Below are positions 27,257 to 36,982 of a stretch of DNA of 64,000 bases, piece by piece. Each line of letters begins with the position of its first letter. The stretch's first letter is position 1. The notes under the pieces are model-generated. The model worked only from the letters and a program-made list of their open reading frames with translations. It had not been told where the DNA came from and did no database searches. Both the position numbers and the translations under genes were made by a program. The stretch comes from a virus, in IMG/VR virus record IMGVR_UViG_3300045988_139474, positions 88,908-152,907 of that record. One strand, 5' to 3'.

Positions 27257-30200
27257 ATGGCTAAACTAACACGCATTGTTACGCACAGCGCAAAAACCGA
27301 ACAGGCTGCTCACGAAGTCCGAATGCTGCACGAAGAAACAAGGGCTAACGCTAACCTCTATGCTGATTTCATGTCGAAAGAACAGAAGAAGCTTGTAGCA
27401 GCCTTTGAAAAGCAATTGGATAAACGCCTAACGGCTAAACAATGGTCTCAAAAGGATTCCGACCAGCTGCAAGCTATGCAAGAGCAGTTGGTTGAAATCT
27501 TTGAGAAAATCAAGACAGAGAATGCCGACAAGACAATCTCTGTCGTCAAGATGATTGAGACCTATCTGGAAATGCGCGCTCGTAAGGATTTATCATCATT
27601 ACAGCGCAAGCATATCGAAGATGACTTGGATAAGCTGTTGCGTCAGTTAGGCCTTGAGAACATTGACCGTGACGATTACGACCGCAGCGCAGCTGACCGC
27701 AGTAGAGAGGCTCACAACCGTAGCATTCAACTCAAGCGCGCAACGGAATTAGCCGATAAGATTACAGCCACTGCTGAAGAGACTCAAGGCTTGAAAGACC
27801 ATCTGTATGAGCTGAAAGTCGGTTATGACGAAGCGATTAAATCAGACGGCTTCAAAAACCTCAAGCGAGATGCAGTTGACCGATTGCTCAAAGGTACAGG
27901 CTTGGGCGAATTGGCTGAGATGTTTGACTTAGGCGGTAAAGCCAAGTCGGGCTGGGGCAAGCTCAAGTCTGGCTTAGGCAAAGGCTGGGATAAGCTCAAA
28001 GACAGCTTTGACGAAAAGAGCCAAGAACAGCTACAACAGCAGAAAGAGATAGCTGATGAACAGGAGTTGAAAGAGACAGAGCGACATGAGCACCTGATTT
28101 CAACGACCGTGTCAGAAAGCAACCGCACTCAACAGCTGTTATCCGAAAGCATACAAATTCAGCGGAATATGCTGAATGAGCAAGAGCGTACAACCAGCCT
28201 GATAGAGCAAGAGCAGAACAAGCAAGACCTTGTGCCCCTCAAGAAGTCTAAGGATAAATCTGAAGATGATGAAGAGAGCGAAGGCGGAGGCATCATTGAA
28301 AAGCTGTTTGATGTAATCGGCGGCAAGAAAGGTAAGCTCGCAAAAACTATCTTCAAAGGCGGTAAAGGCCTGCTCCGTCTTGGCGGCAAAGGCTTAGGCA
28401 TGATTGCAACGTCTTTGTTTCCTAAAGCAGCACCTATTGCCGGCAGAATCGCCTCAAGATTCCTACCAGTCACAGGAAAGATAGGCGGTGGCCTATTATC
28501 CAAAGCAGGAGGCCTTGCAGCAGGCATGGCTGGGCGATTAGGTGTAAACGCGTTGAAAGCCGTTCCTGGCCTGGGTTTAGCTGCTACTGCGGCCATGGCT
28601 GCTTATGATGGCTATAAGGGCTGGGACAGCGAAAAGGCTAAAGCATTATATGGCGACGATAGCTTCAAGTCAAAAGCAAAATCATCATTAGCACATATCG
28701 GTTCAGGCCTGACTTTCGGTTTGGCTGACCCTAAACAGGTGTCTGACTTCTTCGGCAAGATGATGGACTACAGCCCGTGGTCACTCCTACAGAAAGGCAT
28801 TTCTAAAGTCTTTGATTTTAAGGATAGCGACACATTTAAGGCATTGAAAGATGGCTTCAAAGAGAAATTAGGAGTTGTAAAAGACTTCCTGTTTAGCCCG
28901 ATTGAGACTATTGGTAAAGGCTTCAACAAGCTGATGGATACATTAGGCTCGATTCCGATTGTTGGCGATTTCTTTGAGGGCTTGCGCTCGCCTAAGATGA
29001 AACAGCTGGCTACCAGTGTTTGGAAGATGTCGCCGATAGGCCGTGTGTTTGATACCCTGACTAAAATCATGAAGAAGATTGCAAGCTACTTCAACATTGA
29101 CCTACCGTCTGGACAACAGCTGAAAGACGGCATGTCTAACGCTTTCCAAACTGCTATAAGCTCAGTTGGTGAGGCTTTCGGAGTAGATAAGGGCTTGGGC
29201 TCAGTTTCAGCCAAGTATGAAGGCAAGGTTGAATCGGCTAACAAAGACAACAAGGGCTGGGCATACGGTAAATATCAATTCAACTCAGCAACAGGAGGAC
29301 TGGATGATTTCTTCAAGCATAATCCTAAGTATGCTGCTCAGTTCAAAGGCTTAACGCCTGGAACTGAGGAATTCAATAACAAATGGCGTGAGATAGCTGC
29401 TAATGACCGTGAGGGCTTTGAAGCAGCCCAACATAACACTGTCGTCAAGACCCGATATAACCCTGCAGCTGAATATGCGGGCAAGCTAGGATACAAGTTG
29501 GATAACCGTGGCGTGCAAGAGATGATTTTCTCAGGCTCAGTACAACATGGCGGTATCAACAAGTTGTTAAAACAAGTTGCTAGCACACCTGGCTTCGCTA
29601 ACATGACGCCAGAGCAGCAGATTCAGGTTTTTTATGCAGCGCGCAAGCAATACGTTGCAGGCAATGTCGATGCTAAGACTAATGCGGGCTTACAATCCCG
29701 ATATGACAGCGAAGTTCAGACGGCCTTGCAATACGCTAGGGGTGAGCAATCAACCAATATTGCAGGCGCAGCAGCCAACTCTGTAAGTACAGCAGCCAGC
29801 GGTTTGGCGATGAAAGTTTCAGGTATTATCCGAAACAACGCTACAGTCAATACCAAGCATGGCGGTACAAAAGCTGCTACCAAGTCTATCGGTAGATGTG
29901 CTCGACACGTATTCAACTCATTAGCCGCAGCAGGCTTTGAAGTCGGTAATGCTGATATCAATAAGGCCTCTGGTATTCAATCAGCCAAAGATGCTGTTCC
30001 GCCGTTGAAAAGGGCTGGTTTTGAGGTAGTCGGTTATCCGTCAGCCGATAACAGCAATGCAGGGGCTATGCCTGGTGACGTTGAAGTCTGGTCAGGTGTT
30101 CCTGGTCACCCAGACGGTCATATTGCTTTCTTTGATGGCCGCAACTGGATTTCGGATTTCGTACAAAAAGGCCGTATCGTTGCATCTGAGTATGCAGGCA

Positions 30201-30484
30201 GGGCAAGAGTTACTCGACTGAGACACCCAAAAATGGCGTCCAGCGGTAAAGCAAGCAGTGGCGGTGGCGTTAGTGCGCCTCCTATGCTGAAAGCACCTGC
30301 TAAAGCTCCGAGTAATTCAGGCTCACCTAATCTGATTCAGTCGATGAATAAGCCGTCTGCGCCTGTCGGTATTGCAGCCAATCCGCCTCAAAAGCCTGCT
30401 ACAGTGAATACAATCCTGTCGGCCTTTGCAGCGAAGCCTGATGATAACATCAAGTCCACATTGAATCTCGTGAATGTCTTGTAA
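27257..30484 (+). CDS. tape measure protein with lytic-transglycosylase-like and CHAP/NlpC-P60-like domains
   Basis: 1075 aa. N-terminal coiled coil, then G/A/L-rich hydrophobic segments. KYEGK...GWAYGKYQF resembles the E...GRYQ core of lambda-R-type transglycosylases. The C-terminal GRCARHV...GHPDGHIAFFDG forms a Cys-His peptidase pair. Confidence 0.7.
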   Translation: MAKLTRIVTHSAKTEQAAHEVRMLHEETRANANLYADFMSKEQKKLVAAFEKQLDKRLTAKQWSQKDSDQLQAMQEQLVEIFEKIKTENADKTISVVKMIETYLEMRARKDLSSLQRKHIEDDLDKLLRQLGLENIDRDDYDRSAADRSREAHNRSIQLKRATELADKITATAEETQGLKDHLYELKVGYDEAIKSDGFKNLKRDAVDRLLKGTGLGELAEMFDLGGKAKSGWGKLKSGLGKGWDKLKDSFDEKSQEQLQQQKEIADEQELKETERHEHLISTTVSESNRTQQLLSESIQIQRNMLNEQERTTSLIEQEQNKQDLVPLKKSKDKSEDDEESEGGGIIEKLFDVIGGKKGKLAKTIFKGGKGLLRLGGKGLGMIATSLFPKAAPIAGRIASRFLPVTGKIGGGLLSKAGGLAAGMAGRLGVNALKAVPGLGLAATAAMAAYDGYKGWDSEKAKALYGDDSFKSKAKSSLAHIGSGLTFGLADPKQVSDFFGKMMDYSPWSLLQKGISKVFDFKDSDTFKALKDGFKEKLGVVKDFLFSPIETIGKGFNKLMDTLGSIPIVGDFFEGLRSPKMKQLATSVWKMSPIGRVFDTLTKIMKKIASYFNIDLPSGQQLKDGMSNAFQTAISSVGEAFGVDKGLGSVSAKYEGKVESANKDNKGWAYGKYQFNSATGGLDDFFKHNPKYAAQFKGLTPGTEEFNNKWREIAANDREGFEAAQHNTVVKTRYNPAAEYAGKLGYKLDNRGVQEMIFSGSVQHGGINKLLKQVASTPGFANMTPEQQIQVFYAARKQYVAGNVDAKTNAGLQSRYDSEVQTALQYARGEQSTNIAGAAANSVSTAASGLAMKVSGIIRNNATVNTKHGGTKAATKSIGRCARHVFNSLAAAGFEVGNADINKASGIQSAKDAVPPLKRAGFEVVGYPSADNSNAGAMPGDVEVWSGVPGHPDGHIAFFDGRNWISDFVQKGRIVASEYAGRARVTRLRHPKMASSGKASSGGGVSAPPMLKAPAKAPSNSGSPNLIQSMNKPSAPVGIAANPPQKPATVNTILSAFAAKPDDNIKSTLNLVNVL
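29715..29726 (-). repeat. DNA uptake sequence, AG-DUS 12-mer (inside tape measure gene)
   Basis: Exact match on the minus strand. Confidence 0.9.
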
Positions 30485-30496
30485 GGGAGGAAGCGC

Positions 30497-31354
30497 ATGA
30501 GCTTGTTTTATGAAGAGATGTTGAAGAATCCCAACCTGTTAGTCACTCTAGCTTTCAGCGGTTCTGATTCCGTCCCTGCGTTTACAGTAAGCAGCCTGAT
30601 TTCTGATGATTTCGGCGTTAACACTCAAACGCAATGGAATCATAATGACGCGTCAGTCAGCGATAACGGCTTGCAGACGGTTGCGAATGTGATAGCAGGC
30701 ATGACGGGTGATGCTAAACGCTCAATGAGCACGCTGGTCGGTACTTTGTCTGACTGGTCGGGCAATAGCAAACCTAGCTTCACAATTCCGTTGGTGCTAC
30801 CAAAATACAGCAAATCCGCACCTGGCCTTGATATTGCTTCAACAATGCTGGCTATGTGTGCGCCGTCCTACAATAAGGGCGTGTTGGTAGCACCTGGTGG
30901 GTACTATCGGGGCAATGCTATCACTCAAGTGTACGGCCAGATTCAAGACGCAATCAATGGCGGTATAGAACTGGCTAATGAAGCACTTGAAAGCGTTGGT
31001 AGCACTAGCGCGATTCCTACTGTTGGGGCAGGCTCAGACATGGGCTATGCAGACATCTTATCCCAACTAAAAGGCACCTGGTCAATCCAGATTGGTAATT
31101 GGTTCAGAGCAAGTCATCTGGTGCTGGATACCGTGAATTTCTCAGGCTCAAAAGAGGTAGTGACTGGCGGTGTACCTTTGATGGTAAACGTTTCCGCCAG
31201 CTTCACTACTGCGATTCAGCCGTCTGCTAGTATCGTCAAAGGCTGGTTCATTGCTGATAATGATACGTCTGTTTTCAAAGATACAGACATTGCTATTGCT
31301 ACTCAAGGTACAACACCGTCAGCTGACGGTAACACTACACCTGCGGAGGCCTAA
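30497..31354 (+). CDS. hypothetical baseplate/tail protein
   Basis: 285 aa with RBS GGGAGG. Lies between the tape measure gene and the LysM-like gene. Confidence 0.5.
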   Translation: MSLFYEEMLKNPNLLVTLAFSGSDSVPAFTVSSLISDDFGVNTQTQWNHNDASVSDNGLQTVANVIAGMTGDAKRSMSTLVGTLSDWSGNSKPSFTIPLVLPKYSKSAPGLDIASTMLAMCAPSYNKGVLVAPGGYYRGNAITQVYGQIQDAINGGIELANEALESVGSTSAIPTVGAGSDMGYADILSQLKGTWSIQIGNWFRASHLVLDTVNFSGSKEVVTGGVPLMVNVSASFTTAIQPSASIVKGWFIADNDTSVFKDTDIAIATQGTTPSADGNTTPAEA

Positions 31355-31743
31355 TGTTTAAATTATCAGCTCAAGAGTTGGCGTATCGTTACGACATCTC
31401 CAATTTTATCCGCCGAACGGAATCAACATCATACTTTGATATTGTCGATTCAACCTTTCTGAGCGACTTGAAGTCATTGAAGGGTATGCAGACATACACG
31501 GTCAAGTTTGAAGCTAACAGACCTGACCTGTTGTCTGAGGCGATATACGGCGCAGGCATTTCTCAACTATGGTGGATTATCATGACTGTTAATGGCTTGA
31601 GATTACCGACTGAAATCAAGACCAACATGACGGTTCAGTATCCAACATTAGACCAGTTGGAAAACCTGTATTTTAAACTTAGCGCACGGATGTCAGCCAA
31701 CAAGGTTGATTTCCGTGGCTCAAACATTGAATTGTTGGATTAA
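31354..31743 (+). CDS. LysM-like tail protein (P2 gpX-like)
   Basis: 129 aa. YTVKFEANRPDLLSEAIYG...WWIIMTVNGL fits the LysM-type pattern of gpX-like proteins, and the position matches. Confidence 0.45.
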   Translation: MFKLSAQELAYRYDISNFIRRTESTSYFDIVDSTFLSDLKSLKGMQTYTVKFEANRPDLLSEAIYGAGISQLWWIIMTVNGLRLPTEIKTNMTVQYPTLDQLENLYFKLSARMSANKVDFRGSNIELLD

Positions 31744-31745
31744 TC

Positions 31746-32873
31746 ATGATAGGGATACAAGGTCAATACCTTTTTGACGTAAAAATCGGCAGTTTGTCAG
31801 GATTCTTAACAGAGGCTGACCTTGTTGTCTTTAAGCTTATCGAAGAGGCCGGCAACAAATTGCCTTTGTTTGAGATGATTTTCAGAGTCAACGACCCTGC
31901 AATCTACCGTGTTATGAACCAAGGCAATTTGCTGAAAGTTTCTTTCGGCGTTCACCAACTGAATATGCATGACCTACAATTGATGATTGTTGAAAGAGAT
32001 AGGATTTCTGAATCTGCTAATTCAACATACGTCAGACTAGTCGGAACATTGGCTGCTATTCAGTATTCGACCGCTAATACAACATACAGCAAAACAACCA
32101 CGACTAAAGAGGCGATTCAAGAATTGGCCTCCAAATTCTTTCAATATGAGTCCAATATTGATAAGGGCAACGACCGTATGGGCTGGGTATCTAACAGCAA
32201 GACAGTCAGGTCATTTATCAACAAGCTATGGTTGCATAGTGATGTTGGAAACGATATTCCAATGATTGGTATTACGTCAACAGGCAAGTTTAGACATCTT
32301 GCCCTTTTAAAGCATGTAAACCAATCGAATAAATGGACGCTAACGACTAACACACCAAACCCTGGTGAGATACCTCTCAGCCAGCTTCCTAGCGTTTTTA
32401 GCAACGCAGCAGCTGTAAACCTGCTTGGCGGGTATTCTCGCAGCGTTATCGTCAACGACTTAGGCAATGCTAAGACGAAACGGATTACACCGCCTGAATT
32501 AGGCAAAGGCCTTCTTTCAAACTCAGAATCGTTGGATACTATCAATGCTGGTACACGCCTCAAGTCTGTATCTTACGTCAACGACAACGTGTTTCCTGAG
32601 TATCATCAACGCAGGGAATTCAATTCAAAACACTTGTTAATGTTAGATTCCCTCAATGCTAAATGCTATGTTGAGGGCGTATTCTGCGGAGTACAGGTGC
32701 TAGATGTCGTCATGCTGAGGGATTCAAGCTATTCATTAGGCCAATCTGTTGAAGATACCTCAGGCCTATGGATAGTCAAGAAAGTTGCTCGCATTATCCA
32801 AGACAAGAAGTTTCATACAGTCATCACCCTGACTAGAGACTCAATCAACAAACTCACATTGCTGAAAGCTTAG
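31746..32873 (+). CDS. baseplate hub protein candidate (gpD / gp27-like by position)
   Basis: 375 aa. Size and position upstream of the spike gene fit. Confidence 0.35.
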   Translation: MIGIQGQYLFDVKIGSLSGFLTEADLVVFKLIEEAGNKLPLFEMIFRVNDPAIYRVMNQGNLLKVSFGVHQLNMHDLQLMIVERDRISESANSTYVRLVGTLAAIQYSTANTTYSKTTTTKEAIQELASKFFQYESNIDKGNDRMGWVSNSKTVRSFINKLWLHSDVGNDIPMIGITSTGKFRHLALLKHVNQSNKWTLTTNTPNPGEIPLSQLPSVFSNAAAVNLLGGYSRSVIVNDLGNAKTKRITPPELGKGLLSNSESLDTINAGTRLKSVSYVNDNVFPEYHQRREFNSKHLLMLDSLNAKCYVEGVFCGVQVLDVVMLRDSSYSLGQSVEDTSGLWIVKKVARIIQDKKFHTVITLTRDSINKLTLLKA

Positions 32874-32884
32874 GAGGACAACTA

Positions 32885-33547
32885 ATGCTACCAATTGATG
32901 AATGGTTCAGCGAAACTAAGCCGAATGAAAGCTATCAGCGCGGTATCGTGTTAGACAATAACGACCCTGAGATGAAGAAACGGTTGAAAGTGCGAATCCC
33001 TGGCTTCATGGAAGGCGACAAAGAGACCCTGCCATGGTGCGTCCCTATCGGTGACGCTTTCTTAGGGGATTCTGCTCAATCAGCTGAAGTGGCTGTTCCT
33101 GCTATCGGCTCAGAAGTGGTAGTGTCCCTGCCCACTACTGATGCCTCATTCCCTTTCTATATCGGCTCATGGCAATCCAAGCCTGTTCCTGCTGAGTTTC
33201 AGACCAATTATCCGAACAGACATGGCAGGAAGGATAACTCAGGCACTTATTGGTATAATGACCAGACGACAGGGGAATTCAAATTCAAACATTCCTCAGG
33301 CTTTGAGTTCACGATTAAGGCGAATGGCGATTTCACCCTCAAGACGGCTGGAAACGGTATCGTCAAGGCTGGTCAGCTGTTAGACTTGATTGCTGCTACT
33401 ATGGTTTCGGCTCAAACGCCAATGCTGAAAGCCTCGCAAGAGATTATGGATGAAGTGAGAACCATGTCTGCTGACCGTGAGATTTACAACACTCACATTC
33501 ATCAAGGTTACCATGGCCCAACCAGTCAGCCTTTGCAGCCTAAGTAA
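32885..33547 (+). CDS. baseplate spike protein (gpV / gp5 OB-fold-like)
   Basis: 220 aa. GIVLDNNDPEMKKRLKVRIPGFMEGDKETLPWCVPIG is the typical gpV/VgrG N-terminal motif. Confidence 0.7.
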   Translation: MLPIDEWFSETKPNESYQRGIVLDNNDPEMKKRLKVRIPGFMEGDKETLPWCVPIGDAFLGDSAQSAEVAVPAIGSEVVVSLPTTDASFPFYIGSWQSKPVPAEFQTNYPNRHGRKDNSGTYWYNDQTTGEFKFKHSSGFEFTIKANGDFTLKTAGNGIVKAGQLLDLIAATMVSAQTPMLKASQEIMDEVRTMSADREIYNTHIHQGYHGPTSQPLQPK

Positions 33548-33552
33548 TTGCT

Positions 33553-33706
33553 TTCTTGGCCTAGTCAGAATCTCGAACATAAAGACAGGATTTTGGCTAA
33601 AAATTCTTCTGCTGAAACAATTGCTTACCAACGAAATAGCCAATTCCAATGTCATAGATGTGATACAATATCAACACTACAGATATTATATTACTAATAA
33701 ATCTTA
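33553..33706 (-). repeat. R-element copy 6 (inverted, minimal copy)
   Basis: Anchor reads on the minus strand (plus-strand TCATAGATGTGATA at 33652-33665). The 49-nt block 33589-33637 is the exact reverse complement of 60321-60369 in copy 8. Confidence 0.9.
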
Positions 33707-33723
33707 GCTGAAAGGAGACAGCC

Positions 33724-34080
33724 ATGCAGGTATTTTCAGACCTTGACCAGCATAACCCTGCTATCGTCACTGATATACAATCAATCAAGCAACACATCCT
33801 GAATATCCTGACTACTCGCAAGCGAAGCCTGATATTCCGTTCAGATTTCGGCTCGAATATCGAAGATTACCTGTTTGAACTCATGGATTCTGAAACTAGC
33901 TTGGCTGTACTGTCTGAGGTAACAAATGCGGTAGGCCGTTGGGAGCCAAGAGTTGAAGTTGACTTTGCTAACAGTAAGGCTTACTCAGACCCTGACAGGC
34001 ATACATTATGGGTTGAACTCGCTTTCATCGTCAAGAAGACAGGTGAGTTTGAAAAATTCACGATAGGTTTTGCAAGATGA
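33724..34080 (+). CDS. baseplate wedge protein (gpW / T4 gp25-like)
   Basis: 118 aa. ILNILTTRKRSLIFRSDFGSNIEDYLFE matches the GPW_gp25 signature. Confidence 0.8.
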   Translation: MQVFSDLDQHNPAIVTDIQSIKQHILNILTTRKRSLIFRSDFGSNIEDYLFELMDSETSLAVLSEVTNAVGRWEPRVEVDFANSKAYSDPDRHTLWVELAFIVKKTGEFEKFTIGFAR

Positions 34081-35438
34081 ACATTTTTAATATCAAATCC
34101 ATCTCATTTGAAGAGATTAGAAACAAGCTGTATGCTTGGATTGCTAGCAAGCCTAATCTCAACTCGCGCTGGCGTGACTTCTATGCTGGCGGTGCTGGTT
34201 CTAACCTTGTTGAGCTAGCAGCAGCTATCGGGGCTTTCCTCGCTTATTCCGCCTATATGAATAGGCGCGATTCCCTGTTGGAATACACGACTTTAGGCTC
34301 ATCTGCTATTGCTATCGGCTCGTCTATTGGGTATCTATACAATCGCAAAGTAGCAACAGGCTTGCGAGTTAAGTTTCTGGCACACTCTTCGGCCTATCTA
34401 CCGAGAGAGACAGTCATCGGGGCTTACAAGAGTCATAGCATATCCCTGAAAGAGAGCGTTCAGCTGAGGCCTGGTATCAATACACTTGATGTTGTTTTCG
34501 GGGCTTGGAAGTCTCAAACACAAGTCGTACAAGACAGTAAGGATTTCATCAGTATCATGTTTGAGGCTGATGTAGATAACAACCTGTATGAGCTGTTTAC
34601 ATCTTCAATCAGAACACCTGTTGTATTGGAAGCTGAGGAATTGAACCCTGATAATGCCCTGCTCCGCTCGTTTGAAGACGGCGTATTTGTTGTCTATGGC
34701 AACGGTCATCTTGGTAAACGGGTTCAGGCTGGTCAAACAGTAGAGTTGAAATACCTTCAGCCGTCTATCCTTGATGAGGATTTCCTGTTATCAGCCTTAC
34801 AACTGAACCTAGACGGTGATGTTGAAGCAGCTGAGATTACAGAACATGGCTCATATCCCGATTCAATCGACAAAATCAAGGCTGTTGCCCCTGCTTACCA
34901 TTCAAGCCGCAGGATTCTGACTGGCCTTGAATCTTACAAGGCGATTATTTCGGCCTATCAAGGCAACATATCAGGCTCAGCAAGACCGTTTCCCAAGTCA
35001 TGCTGTAAATGGAATGTCTGTTACTTGCGGAAAGACGAAAAGAAATACACACCTGAGCAAGAACTTGAATTTATCAAGTATCTTAGCAAATACGCCATGT
35101 ATGGTAGTGAATTCATTGTAGTTGACCCTGTACGAATCCCTGTAAGGGTGAAATTGCGAGTTGTAGTCAGCGAGTTAGCCGACACTCAAGCTATTCTTGC
35201 AGAGATACGCAAAACGCTGGAAAAGCAGTGCCTGAAGCTGGACGTAACATTCAGCCCTGGGGTACTACATGGACTAGAGACTGAGGGCATTAGACGGCTG
35301 TATCTGGAATACCCGATAGCCGATAAGACGGCTGACTACAACCAGTACTTCGCATTAGAAGATTTGAACGTTGAGTTTACAACCGACAACTATTTGACCC
35401 TATCCAACGGTACAGACGCAGGGAAAGGATATGATTGA
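34077..35438 (+). CDS. baseplate J-like protein (gp6-like)
   Basis: 453 aa. Overlaps the gp25-like gene by 4 nt, in the canonical W-J order. Confidence 0.6.
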   Translation: MNIFNIKSISFEEIRNKLYAWIASKPNLNSRWRDFYAGGAGSNLVELAAAIGAFLAYSAYMNRRDSLLEYTTLGSSAIAIGSSIGYLYNRKVATGLRVKFLAHSSAYLPRETVIGAYKSHSISLKESVQLRPGINTLDVVFGAWKSQTQVVQDSKDFISIMFEADVDNNLYELFTSSIRTPVVLEAEELNPDNALLRSFEDGVFVVYGNGHLGKRVQAGQTVELKYLQPSILDEDFLLSALQLNLDGDVEAAEITEHGSYPDSIDKIKAVAPAYHSSRRILTGLESYKAIISAYQGNISGSARPFPKSCCKWNVCYLRKDEKKYTPEQELEFIKYLSKYAMYGSEFIVVDPVRIPVRVKLRVVVSELADTQAILAEIRKTLEKQCLKLDVTFSPGVLHGLETEGIRRLYLEYPIADKTADYNQYFALEDLNVEFTTDNYLTLSNGTDAGKGYD

Positions 35439-36289
35439 TGGAGAAACTAGACAGCGTGAGGTCATCGGATTACCTGCCCTCAAACCTGAAAAAGTTGCCC
35501 CTGTATAAGACGTTCACGGACATTCTCGATTACGCCATCCAGACCTTCTTCAAGCCTCTGTCTGACTCCAACCAGAATCTGTATAACCCAATCAGTGAGC
35601 ATTATACTGCTAGGAACGTCATACACCTATTAGGCGGTGACCAGCTCATCAGTATGCTAGACACCGATATTGACGAAAAGACGGTGGCCTTGCTCTTGCC
35701 TGACCTACTTGATATCAAGGGTACAGAACAGGGCATAAAAACGCTTCTGCGCCTGTTAGGTATCGAATTTGAAGACCTGCTACTAATCAAAGACCGAGAT
35801 GGCTGCGGCAGGGTGACTATCATCCTCAAGAACAATGTTGACGTATCCCTTGAGAAAATCAAGCTTCTGGAAAAATTCTCACATAGCATCTTTTCCCAGT
35901 GCGCTAGTCTAGCAGCGATTACCAATTGCCAAGCTACAAAAGACGCATTGGCTGACGGAGCTACAGTTGAGCAAGACCTCCAAATCAACACTCACTTATT
36001 GAGCTACAACTTCAGGTTGGATAGAAGAAGCCGAATGAGCCGTGCGGAAAGCTATCAGCTGCCGAAAACACCAGTGTATATCAAGCTTTGCAATAATGAG
36101 ACAAATGTAATCGACTTTGCTGAGCATGATGAAATGTCTGTATTCTCTTCGACCCGAAACACTTATCAGCCTGAATTCGTACAGACAGTAGTCACTCAAG
36201 ACCTCTTGAACGACACCTTAGTCTTGGATAGAACAGACTTGGCGCAAACCCAATTCATGGTTATGTCAACAAACAATTTTAAAGGATAG
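35435..36289 (+). CDS. baseplate protein (gpI-like by position)
   Basis: 284 aa, overlaps the J-like gene. Confidence 0.35.
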   Translation: MMEKLDSVRSSDYLPSNLKKLPLYKTFTDILDYAIQTFFKPLSDSNQNLYNPISEHYTARNVIHLLGGDQLISMLDTDIDEKTVALLLPDLLDIKGTEQGIKTLLRLLGIEFEDLLLIKDRDGCGRVTIILKNNVDVSLEKIKLLEKFSHSIFSQCASLAAITNCQATKDALADGATVEQDLQINTHLLSYNFRLDRRSRMSRAESYQLPKTPVYIKLCNNETNVIDFAEHDEMSVFSSTRNTYQPEFVQTVVTQDLLNDTLVLDRTDLAQTQFMVMSTNNFKG

Positions 36290-36292
36290 ACA

Positions 36293-36451
36293 ATGGAACC
36301 AACATTCATCGTTACTGGAAATGATATCCCTCCGTCAGAGGCCGTTGAGGGCAGCATTTTCCAAGAAGCTTCAACAGGCAATTTGTTCCGTTATCAAGAC
36401 GGCCAATGGGTTGCTATCGTCAGCGAGCCGAAAGAAGAGGCTAAAGAATGA
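36293..36451 (+). CDS. small hypothetical protein (52 aa, below the ORF-track cutoff)
   Basis: ATG at 36293 with RBS AAAGGA. Translation MEPTFIVTGNDIPPSEAVEGSIFQEASTGNLFRYQDGQWVAIVSEPKEEAKE. Its stop overlaps the next start (ATGA). Confidence 0.5.
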   Translation: MEPTFIVTGNDIPPSEAVEGSIFQEASTGNLFRYQDGQWVAIVSEPKEEAKE

Positions 36452-36975
36452 GTACAGTTTCTGAACGCCAAGCTGCGTTATTTACAATCACGGACTCAGG
36501 GCATATTGCTATCGCCAAGAAGATGATGGAAAGCGACTTGTTCTTGGCTTGGGGTACATTACCCGACAATCATCCAGAGAAAGCCAGCCGTGATAATTCA
36601 GCACCTTTCCCTAACCGTTTTGAGGCTGACCTGATTAAAGAGGTAGGCAGACGCAAGATTGTGCAGAAAGCCTATCTTGAGCAGTACAATGATGGCCCAA
36701 TCGTAACGCCAATTGCTAACTATCGCAAGACAACTACTCCGACCCGCACCCTGATGTTGAGTGTGACTAATGAAGTTACAGACGCACCTAATGCTAAAAT
36801 CTACCAATTGGGTGTATATGCGGACACGGTAGCGAAGCCAGCTGCTCAAGGTAAGAATTGGCTGTTGCCTGAAGAGATAGCAGACAAGGGCTATTTGGTA
36901 GTCATGGCCAACATTCTACCGATACAACGCAATAATGCAACTGTTGAATCCCGACAGTTCATAATCAATTTCTGA
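36448..36975 (+). CDS. hypothetical structural protein
   Basis: 175 aa, translationally coupled on both sides. Confidence 0.55.
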   Translation: MSTVSERQAALFTITDSGHIAIAKKMMESDLFLAWGTLPDNHPEKASRDNSAPFPNRFEADLIKEVGRRKIVQKAYLEQYNDGPIVTPIANYRKTTTPTRTLMLSVTNEVTDAPNAKIYQLGVYADTVAKPAAQGKNWLLPEEIADKGYLVVMANILPIQRNNATVESRQFIINF

Positions 36976-36982
36976 GGTATTT

